Assembly: GCF_001194135.2 (NCBI RefSeq)
Contig: NC_068995.1
Span: 10,308,723 to 10,358,812, forward strand
DNA length: 50,090 nucleotides
Origin: Octopus bimaculoides
Lineage: Eukaryota
Direction of reading: 5' to 3'
A program made the translations under genes and the position numbers. Below, piece after piece: positions 11,996 through 23,814 of this stretch. Below the pieces are notes generated by a model. It was not told the origin of the DNA. It worked only from the letters and a program-made list of their open reading frames with translations, and made no database searches. Within the stretch, counting starts at the first letter, position 1, and each line of letters starts with the position of its first letter.

Positions 11996-13666
11996 ATATT
12001 GACGTTGCAAATGCAAGTTGAATCCTAGGTCAATGGTGACGTTACGATAAAATGCATGTATGTCTTGAAAGCAGCATAATGGAACTGGTGCGGTTCTTAC
12101 ATTGTTGTAGTCTATTCCTGACAAGTTTGAGATTTTAGTTATTACAAGACCATCGACAGCAACGTCAACAACTATAAATGAAGAAGTACGAGCGTGATTT
12201 GCCAGAAACAGCAGCCAACATGGTCTCTCAATTTCACGCGCGCACCCACACACACTCTCACGCACACACCCACGCACACACATACACACAGATGCACATA
12301 AGATCGCACACAAACACACCATCTTGAAAGGAAGGTAAATGCTTTGAATGAGTTATCTGAACAACTGAGAAAATCGTGATGGCCATGGTTGGAATGCTTT
12401 TGTTTATACGTATACGCGTCAGTACTGAGTCAGATTTAAATTTGAATACGAACAACAACAATAACATAATCACTTTACAATCATGGAACCAATAGGGAAC
12501 CGCTATGTGAGCGATCTGCTTGCTAGAAATAGCAGCCAAATCTCCCATAAATTACACTTTGCCGTTATTCCTTTATAATAATAAAGAGGGCACGGGGGGA
12601 TAAAGAAAACCTAGATACAATGTTCATGATTATATACGAAATAGTCACGGCTGGAATGGTTTTGACCATGGATTTGCGATGTCAGAGCTGCCCTGGGCTA
12701 AACTTCAGCAACGATTTCAAGTCAACGTAGAATTCTCCATGTAGAAACTCTACATGCTGGAAATGGTAACCAAATCTCCTTGAAAACGGACCCCAACCCG
12801 CCCACTATTTCGTATGATGTAGTCCTAAAAAGAACACTTTAAAAAATACTAGATGTGACAGCTGAAATAGCTTTTCACACGAATATGTCGTTGTTATCTT
12901 GGGACTGAAGAGCAACAACACCAACGGAAACAACTGCAGCAATGACAACAGCAACAATCACATCAACTGCAACGACAGTAACAACAACAATATCAACAGA
13001 GCAACTGTAACATTACCAACAACAACAGTTTCAATACAATCAATAATGCAGTCTACTGCTACTGCCGTATTAACCAATCACAACGAGAGTAAACAAAAGG
13101 AGTTACGGCAAAATGTATTGCAAAACATGCAAAGATTGCTGCATTTGTAATGCGTACATTTTTCACTTCTATTGATGTCAGGCTGGGGTGACATTTTACC
13201 ATAGTTCTGTCGCCTGCTAACATGAAACGTAGGATTAAAAACCTGTCAAGAGCCAATTCGGACGTTAAATCGCTTGAAGAAATTATGATAAAATGATTGC
13301 GAGTTACATTATCATTATATTATACATCTTGCTTCTGAAACAAATCACATCACACGATATATACCGACTAATTCATGAGATAAGACATGGCGCCGTTGAT
13401 GCTGTTCTACGGCGTTGGGACAAGATGGCGATGTGAAGAACATATAAAGAAATATCGTAGTACTGCAAAGATAGTGTATAATGTCTGCTCTGTGTTATAC
13501 AATCAACAAAATGTGGTACAGAGATAACAAATTGAGATTTGTCTCTGGTTATAAAAAGAAAATGTTTAAAGAATAACGAACGACATTAAAATGATTGATA
13601 ATGTTTTGATGTCATGATTCTCATGTGATTGGGCGTTATGTTGTAAAACTATCTTAACTACACTAC

Positions 13667-13966
13667 AGACATGGCTGTCTGGTTAAGAAGCTCATTTTGC
13701 AACCCCATAATTTTGACTTCTGTCCCACTGCGAGGTAACTTGGGGAAGCATCTTCTACACCATCCGAACCGACTAACGCCTTGTAAAAGCCTGTCGCATA
13801 CAGGATGTTCGGAGACATAAAATACCGTCAAATTTAGCCCGAAAACCTGTACATGTCTTTGTTTTTGTCTGTCACACTATCCAACAACTTGACGACGAAT
13901 GCTGATTTGTTTACGGCCCTGTAACTTACCGGTTTGGCAAAAAGAAGCCGATAGAATAAGAACCAG
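13667..13966 (+). mobile_element. Old SINE family C copy
   Basis: atggctgtctggttaagaagct head, tgtcccactgcgagg, then tttacggccctgtaacttaccggtttggcaaaa...gatagaataagaaccag. Confidence 0.7.
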
Positions 13967-14029
13967 ACTAGAAAATAGATGAGTAAATATTTACAAGTGG
14001 ACATGAAGAAAACTGATCTTGCCTACTTG

Positions 14030-14071
14030 CAGCAGCAACAGCAGCGGCGCCGCCACAGCAGCAGCAGCAAC

Positions 14072-14142
<71 letters not shown>

Positions 14143-14149
14143 CAATAGT

Positions 14150-14180
<31 letters not shown>
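14030..14180. repeat. Compound trinucleotide repeat (GCA)n-(AGT)n-(GCA)n
   Basis: Directly visible. Confidence 0.95.
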
Positions 14181-14584
14181 TTCGACAAAGTAATTTGGAT
14201 GGAAATGAAAAACATTCCTTACGCTAAGGAATGTGGAATCGAGTCTTGAAAACTTGATTAAATGTCTCTAGTAAAAAGAAACAGTTTTTATGTCAAGTGC
14301 TTAATAATTTAGAATAATATTTAGGTTAAAATAGCCAATTTCAGACAAGTGGAGCGCCTGCTGACAAACTAATCATCGCAATTTAGGAAGATGTTCAGCT
14401 CTCTGATATCAAGCTTAAAGGTAGAGTGCATATTTTGGCGTGGCATTTATTTGCTTATCAATTAGAAGAAGATTCATAGCTGCTGGCGTGTATGCTTGAC
14501 CGCAGGTGAGGAAAATTAATTAAGAAAGACACCAATATGTCCTCTGTATTTACATAGTAGGAAATACATAGTCTGTTGTGTCTT

Positions 14585-14778
14585 ATCTTTCATTTTATCT
14601 TGAGTCTAATGGCTCAAACAAACGGCCATGGTGGAGTCCCGCCTCGAAGAAGTTTAGTCGCACGAATCGACACCAGTGCTTCAAAGACTAGTATTTATTC
14701 TATCGGTCTCTTTTGTGGAACCACCAGGTTACCGGGGCGTAAATACACCAGCACCGGTTGTTAAGCGGTGGTGGGGGA

Positions 14779-14868
<90 letters not shown>

Positions 14869-15045
14869 CATATATATATATATGAGGGGGCTTCTTTCAG
14901 TTTTTGTCTACCAAATCCACTCACAAGGCTGAGGTCGGCCCGAAGCTATAAAAAAAGACACTTTCGCAAGGTGTCACATCGTGGGACTGAACCTGGGACA
15001 ATGTGGTTGAGAAGGAAACTTCTTACCACACAGCAACGCCTGTGC
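14585..15045 (-). mobile_element. Full-length SINE family C with internal (TA)n/(GT)n microsatellite
   Basis: Minus strand: tRNA-like head gcacaggcgttgctgtgtggtaag...GGTTCAGTCCC, CORE-like accttgcgaaagtgtctt, ...gaaagaagccc, microsatellite at 14781-14882, then the family C 3' module. Confidence 0.85.
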
Positions 15046-15356
15046 TTATTTTAATATAGAATAGGTTTTTAGGAGATTAATAGTCTACTAGGGTGGTCAA
15101 GTTTTTAGGGTCCATTATTAGTAAAAAAAGAACTGGAAGTATTATTAATATTGGTCTCGGTTTGAGAGGGAGCATCACTGCCTCTATATGTGGTTACATG
15201 GGTAGTATTGTGAGAAGATGCCTTGAGAGTGTTATTATTTAGTCGGTGCGGGTTCCTGAGGGTTGTATTATTGCCACTAGGTGGGTTAAGGTGAGGTGCA
15301 GTGAGACACATTGCAGGTTCCAAGGACTGGCGTTGTTATTTGCATCTGACAGAGAA

Positions 15357-15805
15357 GGCGATTATGGCTCCCAAATTAGGTGTGGTAGAATAAGAGATTT
15401 TAACAGATGATTTAATAAAGATCAGGGTAGTATTTATACTGTGGTGGGAAGGATTTTAAAGAAAAGTTTGGGTAGAGATTTAACTTCGAGGAAGAAAGGT
15501 GGTACGAATTATAGGATCTCTCGCTTCTTAGAGTTCGTAGAGCGAGTGGTTATAGTAGGTGGTTCTAGATAGGGAGGTTTATGGTTATTATAGGTTTGAG
15601 GTGGCCAGTGGAGCTGTCGAGTAGGGGATTTTTTTCAGAGTTGATACATTGATGTTGAGTGGCAGATTGATGTTGAGTTGAAGATTGATGTTGAGTGACA
15701 GAAAGATCTGTCGATTCGGGGATTAATATTAGGAAAGAGATGTGCAATTTTTGTTTAAAGTTTAGTGTTAAGGATGTAGATCTTTTCACGGAAGCCATTT
15801 ATCTG
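15357..15805 (-). mobile_element. Decayed Penelope-like element fragment (RT to GIY-YIG linker region)
   Basis: Frameshifted translation gives INGFREKI ... KREIL*FVPPFFLEVKSLPKLFFKIL / FPPQYKYY / KSSVKISYSTTPNLGAIIA, matching the recalled Penelope/Poseidon motif KRNIIWFNPPFS...FP..H.....FN...VKVSYSCMPN...II. Confidence 0.65.
15648..15701. repeat. 3 x 18-bp tandem repeat (attgatgttgagt+5 nt)
   Basis: attgatgttgagtggcag / attgatgttgagttgaag / attgatgttgagtgacag. Confidence 0.9.
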
Positions 15806-15894
15806 GGAAACTTAATTATAATACCTTTCTTCCATACCTTACATTTTCTCTGTCGTTTGTACTCTGTGTAGGTTGGACCTACTAATATAAACAT

Positions 15895-15994
15895 CTATAG
15901 TAGAAGACAGCTGCTCAATGTGCCGCGTTGTAGGATCGAATCCGAAAGCATGCGGGTTCAAATCGAGCTTCTTCACCACAGCCGTTCTTGCGCC
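15895..15994 (-). mobile_element. SINE family C head fragment
   Basis: Minus strand ggcgcaagaacggctgtggtgaagaagct...ggattcgatcc...ggcacattgagcagctgtcttctactatag. Confidence 0.7.
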
Positions 15995-16108
15995 TTTTTT
16001 CATTTATCATTGTTATTATTATTACTATTATTAGTTTTTGGCCAAATGGCAACAACAAATATTCATGTAATTATATGTTGGTTTTCGACTTTATTTTGCG
16101 TTACTACC

Positions 16109-16122
16109 TATTATTATCACCA

Positions 16123-16180
<58 letters not shown>
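16109..16180. repeat. (TTA)n microsatellite
   Basis: Directly visible. Confidence 0.95.
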
Positions 16181-16181
<1 letters not shown>

Positions 16182-17021
16182 GATGCCATTATTTTAAAGA
16201 AAGCGTATAGCCTTACTTATGTGACAATATTTACCTTCATATATGTGGTTAGTATTTGAATATATTTTGCGCAATTACCATTATTTTAGTTTCGAATACC
16301 AGAAAGAAAATCGTGTAGCCATATGAACAGATAAATTTCTCGATATATGCAGCCAATATATGAATGTATGTTGTCATAATAACTATTATTATAGCTACGA
16401 ATATCTTATAGAAAGCTATCTTACTCACTACCTAATGTGCGTGCATCAGAGTATTTTTCTGCTTTCCTACATACGTTGACTGTGAAAATATGTTTTATGA
16501 TAATAACTATTAATAAAACCACTGAAAGAAATTGCTCCTACGTGTGAGTGAAACGTATATTTGTTCTTATATTGTGTATTTATATTTGAATGTGTTTTAT
16601 GATAAACACTATTACTATAATCACCAATATTTTGAAAGAAGTCGCGTAGTCATGTACATAGACGTGTGTAAACGTATTTATCTTGATAAGTTAGTTATTC
16701 AATATCTTCTGTATCGGTAGCAAATATTATATATATTACTAACGGTAAGAAAATGCGTCGGTATAATCATATACGTGTACGAACGTGTTTCTACATATAT
16801 AATAAACATTGAAATGCATTGTACACATCAGTCATTGTCAAGAGCATAAATAACTAAAAGGTACTTTGCTGTTATGTGTATATATGTGTGTTTATGTGAA
16901 CTTATTCACCTTTCCTTTCGTTTGTGAACTTATTTCATTTGTCCTCTTAATCTCAAGCTGAAACAACGTGTCATATTGAACAAAGATGAGCTGTAATTGT
17001 CATCTACAAATAGGTAGAATA

Positions 17022-17237
17022 TTCTTTTCTACTCTAGGCACAAGACCCGAAATTTCTGGGGAGGGGGCCAGTCGATTACATTGAACCCAGTATGCAAATC
17101 GTACTTAATTTATCGACCCTGAATGGATGAAAGGAAAAATCAACCTCGGTGGAATTTGAACTCAGAACGTAAAGACAGACAAAGTACCGCTAAGCATTTC
17201 GCCTAGCGTGCTAACGTTTCTGCCAGCTCACCGCCTG
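17022..17237 (-). mobile_element. Full-length SINE family A
   Basis: Near-consensus head, B-box and central domain; 14-bp TSD aaata(g/a)gtagaata at 17008-17021 and 17240-17253. Confidence 0.9.
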
Positions 17238-18059
17238 GGAAATAAGTAGAATATTCTTTTCTATTCCAGGCACAAGGTCCGAAATTTTCTCTCTCTTTAT
17301 GTATATAAGTATAATTCCCTGTATAAAATAAGTAAACATTGTTTATGTCCATCGTGTGCAAATAATAAATTGTAATCTCTCACTTTCTCTCAGTCTATTT
17401 CACTCTTACTCTCTCTCTATCTATCTATGTAACTCTCTCTCTATCTATCTATGTAACTCTCTCTCTATCTCTCTTTCAATCTGTACTGTGTATATTAATG
17501 CGCGCGCCAGAGTGTGTGCGTTGATGTGTGTGCACAAAACAAAGTCACCAAAACAATGCGGATCCCCAGGCAGTTCTGCCAAATCATCTGCAATCAAACA
17601 GCTGCACGAAATCGGTTTATTCTAGCTGGAAGCAACGACCATATGAATTTCGTCACCGCAATCAATCACATCTAAAACAATACACCGAGGGGCCTTTCAT
17701 GTATCCGTATACAACCAGATGATCGTCACTTTGTGAACGAATATAGCTTCTTAGTAACGTAGATAATATAAGATAGCCGCCTCCCAATTAATTGTGATCG
17801 GGCGCGAACTGACATCCTTTCGGTTGGTTGATCGGTGCACTGCAGGGTCAACGTGATGGTGCGACCCTAAAAGGTTTGCGTGTCTCAAAATCGAGACAAA
17901 GGAAAAGCAATTACAACAACAGATCGATAATTTTTGTTCGGTCAAAGCCAAACCAAGATGAGACAAATAGTTCAATCATTGAAACCGATCAGAATAACGT
18001 TTATCAAGATATGATTTATAACATAGGATGAGAACAGAGTGAATTAACCAAATCACTAT

Positions 18060-18453
18060 CTGTGTTATGTGACATTATATACACACATATACATTATCGT
18101 ATATATACGCACACATACACGCACACATTGAAATATATGTATGCATATATGTATATATGTTTGTGTATGTCATATACATACACGCGTATGTACATTTACA
18201 AATATAAACACGTATACAAACATTCATATGTGTGCGTGGGGGGTATGTATATGTATATGTGTATTTATATATATATAAATATATATACATATCTATATTT
18301 ATTTATATAGATATACATACATATACATTCATATAAATGTATAAATATATTTGTGTGCGTGTGTGTATGTATATGCCTATATATATATGTATGTATGTAT
18401 ATATATATATATACATATGTATGTATACGTATGTATGTATATATGTGTGTGTG

Positions 18454-18540
<87 letters not shown>
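18060..18540. repeat. Degenerate (TA/CA/TG)n field ending in a long (TA)n
   Basis: Directly visible. Confidence 0.93.
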
Positions 18541-18543
<3 letters not shown>

Positions 18544-18970
18544 ACCAGAATTCATCATTCCTGGGACAAAAGATCAAATACACACACACACACTCGAATC
18601 ATATACGCTGTCACTGTTAGAATAAGCCCTAGTATCACCATAGCAACCAAAAATTATTGAAATAATAACTATCGATCTCACACATTGACATCAAACAGAT
18701 AATGGATGATTCCATAGATTATCCGAATACAATCAGAATGACCAATGGTTCATATTCTCTCGGAATCATTCTATTGCTTTTGTCTTCAAGCGAAAGAGAA
18801 ATCTCACTAGCTCAGTTCATGTAGCTGTAAACATACTCCATGGTTCTACAGGGAAAAGTGTTGGGAGAAGGCTATCTTTCTCTTCTACTTGGCTTCAGTA
18901 AGGAGACATCGATCGTCCTAGAGCAAGTTGAAGGATTTTACTTGAACAAATTGACTCGTCTTTAAGTTAA

Positions 18971-19062
18971 AAATAAGTCCTGAGGTCGAATTCGTCGAAA
19001 AAAGCACGTTACGGCTGTGCTCCAGCATGGCTGCAGTCTAATGACCGAAACAAGTAAAAGAA
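18971..19062 (+). mobile_element. SINE family C 3' end
   Basis: aaataagtcctgaggtcga...gtgctccagcatggctgcagtctaatgaccgaaacaagtaaaag. Confidence 0.75.
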
Positions 19063-19483
19063 TATACAAGATGTATGCGTAATTTATTGATAAAGAAAAT
19101 ATGTTTACACCTAATATTTTCTAGTTTAGTTAATGTAAAAAAAAAGCAGGTGACGAGTGTTCACCTCAAACTCACTCACGACACACACACACATACACAA
19201 CACTGACATGTACACGCATTTACACACTCAGCGACACATACACACATAACCATCTACACCATCCATACATATAATGATATATACACAAAGTTTTGCCAGA
19301 CAACCAGCCAGCGTTTTCATATTTTTAATCATAAATATAGCATATCGTACCATATTTCTACATTAATCATAACCTAACATTAATTTCTTTTCATATATAA
19401 TCAGAAATTATCTCAACACATGCTGCCGTTTCTCTTCCGCTCCACTGCCATCGTGTCTCCCGCCATCTTCACCACCTCCTTCT

Positions 19484-19512
19484 TACTAACATTTTTGTCA
19501 TTGTATTTTCAG
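19484..19512 (+). promoter_or_regulatory. Candidate 3' splice site (branch point, pyrimidine tract, AG)
   Basis: TACTAAC at 19484-19490 followed by atttttgtcattgtattttcAG (AG at 19511-19512). Confidence 0.35.
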
Positions 19513-20032
19513 ACGTTTTATGTGGGGTTTTGCTGCACTGTCAGCTTGCACGTCCGTATCTCTGGAGTGTGTGTCACGTTGTCTGTTGGGGTTACATAGC
19601 CATCTTTGTTGAATTGAATCAATTTTACTTTGTTACAAAATTTGATTTATTGTTTCTGACGATGTTTCGTTGTTTCTTTTGTAAATTAAAATTTATATAT
19701 CGGCTGCATTGTGGTACTTTGCTCTTTCTTGTGTTTCCATATTTGTTACGTGATTTATGTAGCATTAATGGATATTAATGCTTCGTAGAATATGTGTTGC
19801 ATAAGTTGTTCGTGTTGTAATGTTGACTATGAGTTCTAGACGTTACGCTATTTGGTGGTTATTGTTTAGAGTAGAGGTTGTTACTTTATTAGACGGTTAT
19901 TGAGTAAAATATGGTTTGAGTTATTTTATGGAAAGGGCAGAATAGAGTTATGGATGTGCTATCTTATTGCGTAGGTATTAGGTAGCATATAGATTATGTT
20001 ATTTGATTGGGAGATCCATAGCGAGCTCCATG

Positions 20033-20212
20033 CGCGAAAGGCTTGGCTAGAGGCCCAACCTCCCGAGTTCTTTTACAGGGCATAGAAAAACCGAAAAACC
20101 GGTGCTATAAATGTGTGAATCTAAGAGGGGGAGATGTTTGATAAACTCAGTTAACTGATCCTTCTGAATTTTCTTTTACCCAAAGCCAGGAACTTTTCAG
20201 CACTCCGTCATA
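20033..20212 (+). mobile_element. Right part of a mariner-derived MITE
   Basis: Translates LQGIEKPKNRCYKCVNLRGGDV** (mariner transposase C-terminus GIxKLxxRWxKCVxxxGxY). Ends in the TIR aaagccaggaacttttcagcactccgtcaTA. Confidence 0.8.
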
Positions 20213-20868
20213 AAGGCTTAAACATCAGGCCTAAATATCCCGCACCCATAAAATCATATCCAAGAAGGGACTGCACCCCGCGCCCCATCCTCAGTTACGA
20301 TACTGCTTTTCATTTTACAGACTTGTTGCATCTAAGACTGTATCAACCAAGTGTCTTTGCCTTATGAATCTCTCTCTTGTAATTTTGTTCCATATATGTC
20401 CGTTTTTCTGTCTTTTAACTTTCGTATTAGTCTTCTTTTGTCTTTTTCTCTCATCTACATTCTTGTTCTAACATCTTTTATTCTTTTTCTTGGTCTTCTA
20501 CGTATTTTATTTTCCTTAACTCTTCACTCTTCATTTTCGTATCCTCCATTTTCTTTTCTTTCCTTCCGATCTATCACCTCCTCTCTTCCCCCTTCTCCAC
20601 TTCCACCTCGTTCCCTTCCACCTCATAATCTACCTACTGTCTTCTACTTCATTTTTTTTCTGCATAACAACCATTAGCCAGCGGTGGGAAGGCTGGACGA
20701 TTGGCTATATGACATATTAAATGCTTATCGACAGTAAAATTAGTGAAATTTCTGTCAAACTTCGACATATCTCACACAGTGCATTGTACATCGTGTCTAT
20801 AATATCGTGTCTATAATATTACAGAGCTGACAACGAGAGAGAGAGTTTGGCGGTGAAGACTGATACAT

Positions 20869-20903
<35 letters not shown>

Positions 20904-21295
20904 AGAGAGAGAAAGAGAGAGAGAAAGAGAGAGAAGGAAAAGAAGGCGATGATAAAGAGGAAGAAAGAAGTGAAGAGATATAAAAACAGATCTTTTCCTC
21001 TATCTCACTTGCCCCTCTCTCTTTCCCTCTCTCTCTCTCTCTCTCTCTGTACATGTATATATATATATATATATACGCACACACACACATTCATAAATAC
21101 ACGCGTATATAGTATTATTAATATCATCACGATCATGATCATTATTATTATTATTATTATTACTTACATGTGCATATAAAGTATGCTTACATGCTACTAT
21201 GTCGCACTAACCCTCACTTCAGTATGACAGCTATGGGCTTTTAATATGCATGCATAAACGTGTGTGTGTATGTATGTATGTATGTATGTACAGAA

Positions 21296-21326
<31 letters not shown>

Positions 21327-21356
21327 AAGAGAAAGAGAATGAACGAGCACTATTAA

Positions 21357-21880
21357 TTTAATTTCTCTATGCTTGTTCAGTTTTTGGTAGGCATTGACAG
21401 ATACATTTATGTCGATTGGGACACTCATATCGAAGAGGATGCATGGTTCTTGTCTGAAATCTTTCTACATAATTTCTGGCTTATTTGTTTGTATCTATCT
21501 TTCTGTCAGTTTGAACGGTGAAGTTCCAAAGGAGTGAGATGCGGTCAATTTCAAGCACTGGCGGTTGTGTGTGTTCCCTTCAGTTTTTTTTCATGGGGCA
21601 GGTCCAAGTTTTTTGCAAATTACCCAATGAATATACAGTGCTGCTCTATCATGTTTCTTGAGATACTTTGTAGGCGCTAGAAGTCTTCACATGGATACAA
21701 CATGATCGATGGTTTCGTTTTGCGGTTTACATTCATGAGATGTTGGGCTACTGCCGTTCTCTAAGATGTTAGCCTGGTCGCTTCTTGTAGGTAGGTATTT
21801 ATCTTGGGCTGCTATAATAAAACCTTCTGTCTCTGATTTTAAGCCAGAAGACATTAACCATTGAGGGTAAGCATTGATGA
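21357..21880 (-). mobile_element. Dong/R4-like RLE LINE fragment (CCHC region plus endonuclease), older copy
   Basis: QWLMSSGLKSETEGFIIAAQD..LPTR..QANIL...ETIDHVVS..LLAPTKYLKKHDRAALYIHWVICK, then LLWNFTVQTDRKI / NKPEI...FDMSVPIDINVS; contains stops and frameshifts. Confidence 0.88.
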
Positions 21881-21898
21881 TTGATTAATTGACCATCG

Positions 21899-21926
<28 letters not shown>

Positions 21927-21930
<4 letters not shown>

Positions 21931-22357
21931 TAGTTTTATTTTTATAACGTGCTTTCACTTCACTACCGAGCGCAGCTCTGTGCGCCTTGGGTATGTGCTG
22001 TGGTTTGCTGTGATGCTCTTATGGTTACTGTATTGAAAGTGTTTTGCGTAGGACGTGTGCAGTGCCCAGTAGTGCAATTTTCTGTATGTTATATATATTT
22101 GTAAGTCCTGGTGTTTTTATGTGTTTGTCTGAATATTTTTATATTATACCTAAGGCACCTACTATGATAGGAATTGTTTCTGTTTTTAGATTCCACATTC
22201 GAGTTACCTCTATTTCCAGGTCTTTGTATTTTGAAAGTTTCTCCATTTCTTTTAGGGAAACGTTGTCATCTGCTGGTATTGATACATCAGTTAGAAATCA
22301 TTTTTTCCTTCGTGATCTTTGACAACTATATCTGGTCTATTAGTCTTAATTTCTCTA
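21927..22357 (-). mobile_element. 5'-truncated Dong/R4-like LINE 3' end with (TAA)n tail
   Basis: REIKTNRPDIVVKDH / DVSIPADDNVSLKEMEKLSKYKDLEIEVTRMWNLKTETIPIIVGALG...IQKIALLGTAHVLRKTLSIQ* (stop at 22025-22027), about 100 nt of 3' UTR, and (TTA)n on both sides. Confidence 0.92.
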
Positions 22358-22903
22358 TTATTATTATTATTATTATTGTTGTTCTTGTTGTTATTATTAT
22401 TATTATTATTATTATTGCTTATTTTGGTAGTATAGTATATTAGTTAAATCTAGCAATAAACGGTAGCTAACATAAGTTAAATGGCGGCTGATTCATGTAA
22501 CGTGACGAACAAAGAGTCTTTAATTAATGGAGACTACACCCAGCGGAGGTGACATTACAAACGACTGTCTATATTTTTGTTATTATTATTCTCATAATGT
22601 ATGAATAGGTTTTGCTATGTTACATTCCTGATTATATTTTTTAATTTTAGACATTAAATAGCGATATAAGAGTGAAGAATTCATTGTTGAATATTGTATT
22701 AATAGAAATCATATTAACATTACAAGACATCTTACGATATATATATAACATTTAATTAGTGTTATGAGCTAAGCATATATGTGTGTGTGTGTGTGTGTAA
22801 ATAATGTATGTATGTATGAATCAGTGTTTGCATTTTTGAATATATAAAATTATGTGTATATATACGTACAGACGCATGCTTGTGCATATGTGTGCGTATA
22901 TGC

Positions 22904-22945
<42 letters not shown>

Positions 22946-22976
22946 AAGTGTTTGCTTATAGATAGATATATATTAG

Positions 22977-23178
22977 GAGCACTCCGTCGGTTACGACGAC
23001 GAGGGTCTCAGCTGATACGATCAATGGAACAGCCTGCTCGTGAAACTGACGTGCAAGTGGCTGAGCACTCCACAGGCATGTGTGCCCTTCTCGTAGCTCT
23101 CAGGGAGATGCAGCGTGACACAGAGTGTGACAAGGCTGGTCCTTTGAAATACAGGTACTACTCATTTTTGCTAGCTGA
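22977..23178 (-). mobile_element. SINE family B 3' part (CORE variant), 5'-truncated
   Basis: gcactccgtcggttacgacgacgagg...ggaacagcctgctcgtgaaa shared with 38606 and 44345; ends in the CORE-like ctcatttttgctagctga. Confidence 0.85.
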
Positions 23179-23814
23179 TAAAGTGTCTTGTGGTGGGGGG
23201 GCGTATATTTGTTTAACATTATGTTGGCTCTGCTTACAAATCCTGTTCCTTTTCAGTTGTGGAATTTAGCAGATCGAAAAATAGTGGTTGATAAGTACCA
23301 GATTTGTTTAATAAAAATACGTCACAACTTTGCGCCCGAATGGTCACAGCCAACCGGATGACTTGCAGACAACGTGGGCGCCACTTAAGTCCCTAACAGT
23401 TGAGTTAAACCAGGAAATGAAATGAGTGCACCACCGAATTGGGCTTCGGCAGGATTTGAACTCTGGAATCAAAGAAACGGAACAAAAAGCGATAGGCATT
23501 CAGTTTGAAGCTTTAAAAAGTCTGGTAGTCGACTGCCCAAGAATTCTTGACTAGAACTTTATTGTATTAGTCCCAGAATAAAGAAAGTGAGGTTAACCTC
23601 GGTCGGACTAGACCCTGAATATTATCTGAAATTTATCTCTCCTCACAGATAATTGAGCATTCGCTGGTCAGTTTTAGAAGAGAATAAAAATCTTGAAAAT
23701 AGACTTTCGAAGTCGTTGACGTAAAATTAGTAACACAAATGCCTAAATGGTGCATTAGTCGAACACAAATGCACCATTGACAAGTCTTTTCATAAAAATC
23801 AATGAAAACCAAAT

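Noticed and set aside
11879-12322. 147-aa minus-strand ORF
   Set aside because: Starts in a CA-repeat and overlaps the antisense of the Hero-like UTR; no recognisable domain.
17828-18031. ORF with an NSS sequon as a possible GPCR N-terminal exon
   Set aside because: No TM1 (GN) motif, ends in a stop, and has no convincing donor site.
19860-20000. Possible second Penelope-like fragment on the minus strand
   Set aside because: Only a vague resemblance to the ISY..PN motif; frames are too broken to support a call.
23746-23778. Perfect 11-bp inverted repeat
   Set aside because: About one such hairpin is expected by chance in 50 kb of AT-rich DNA.
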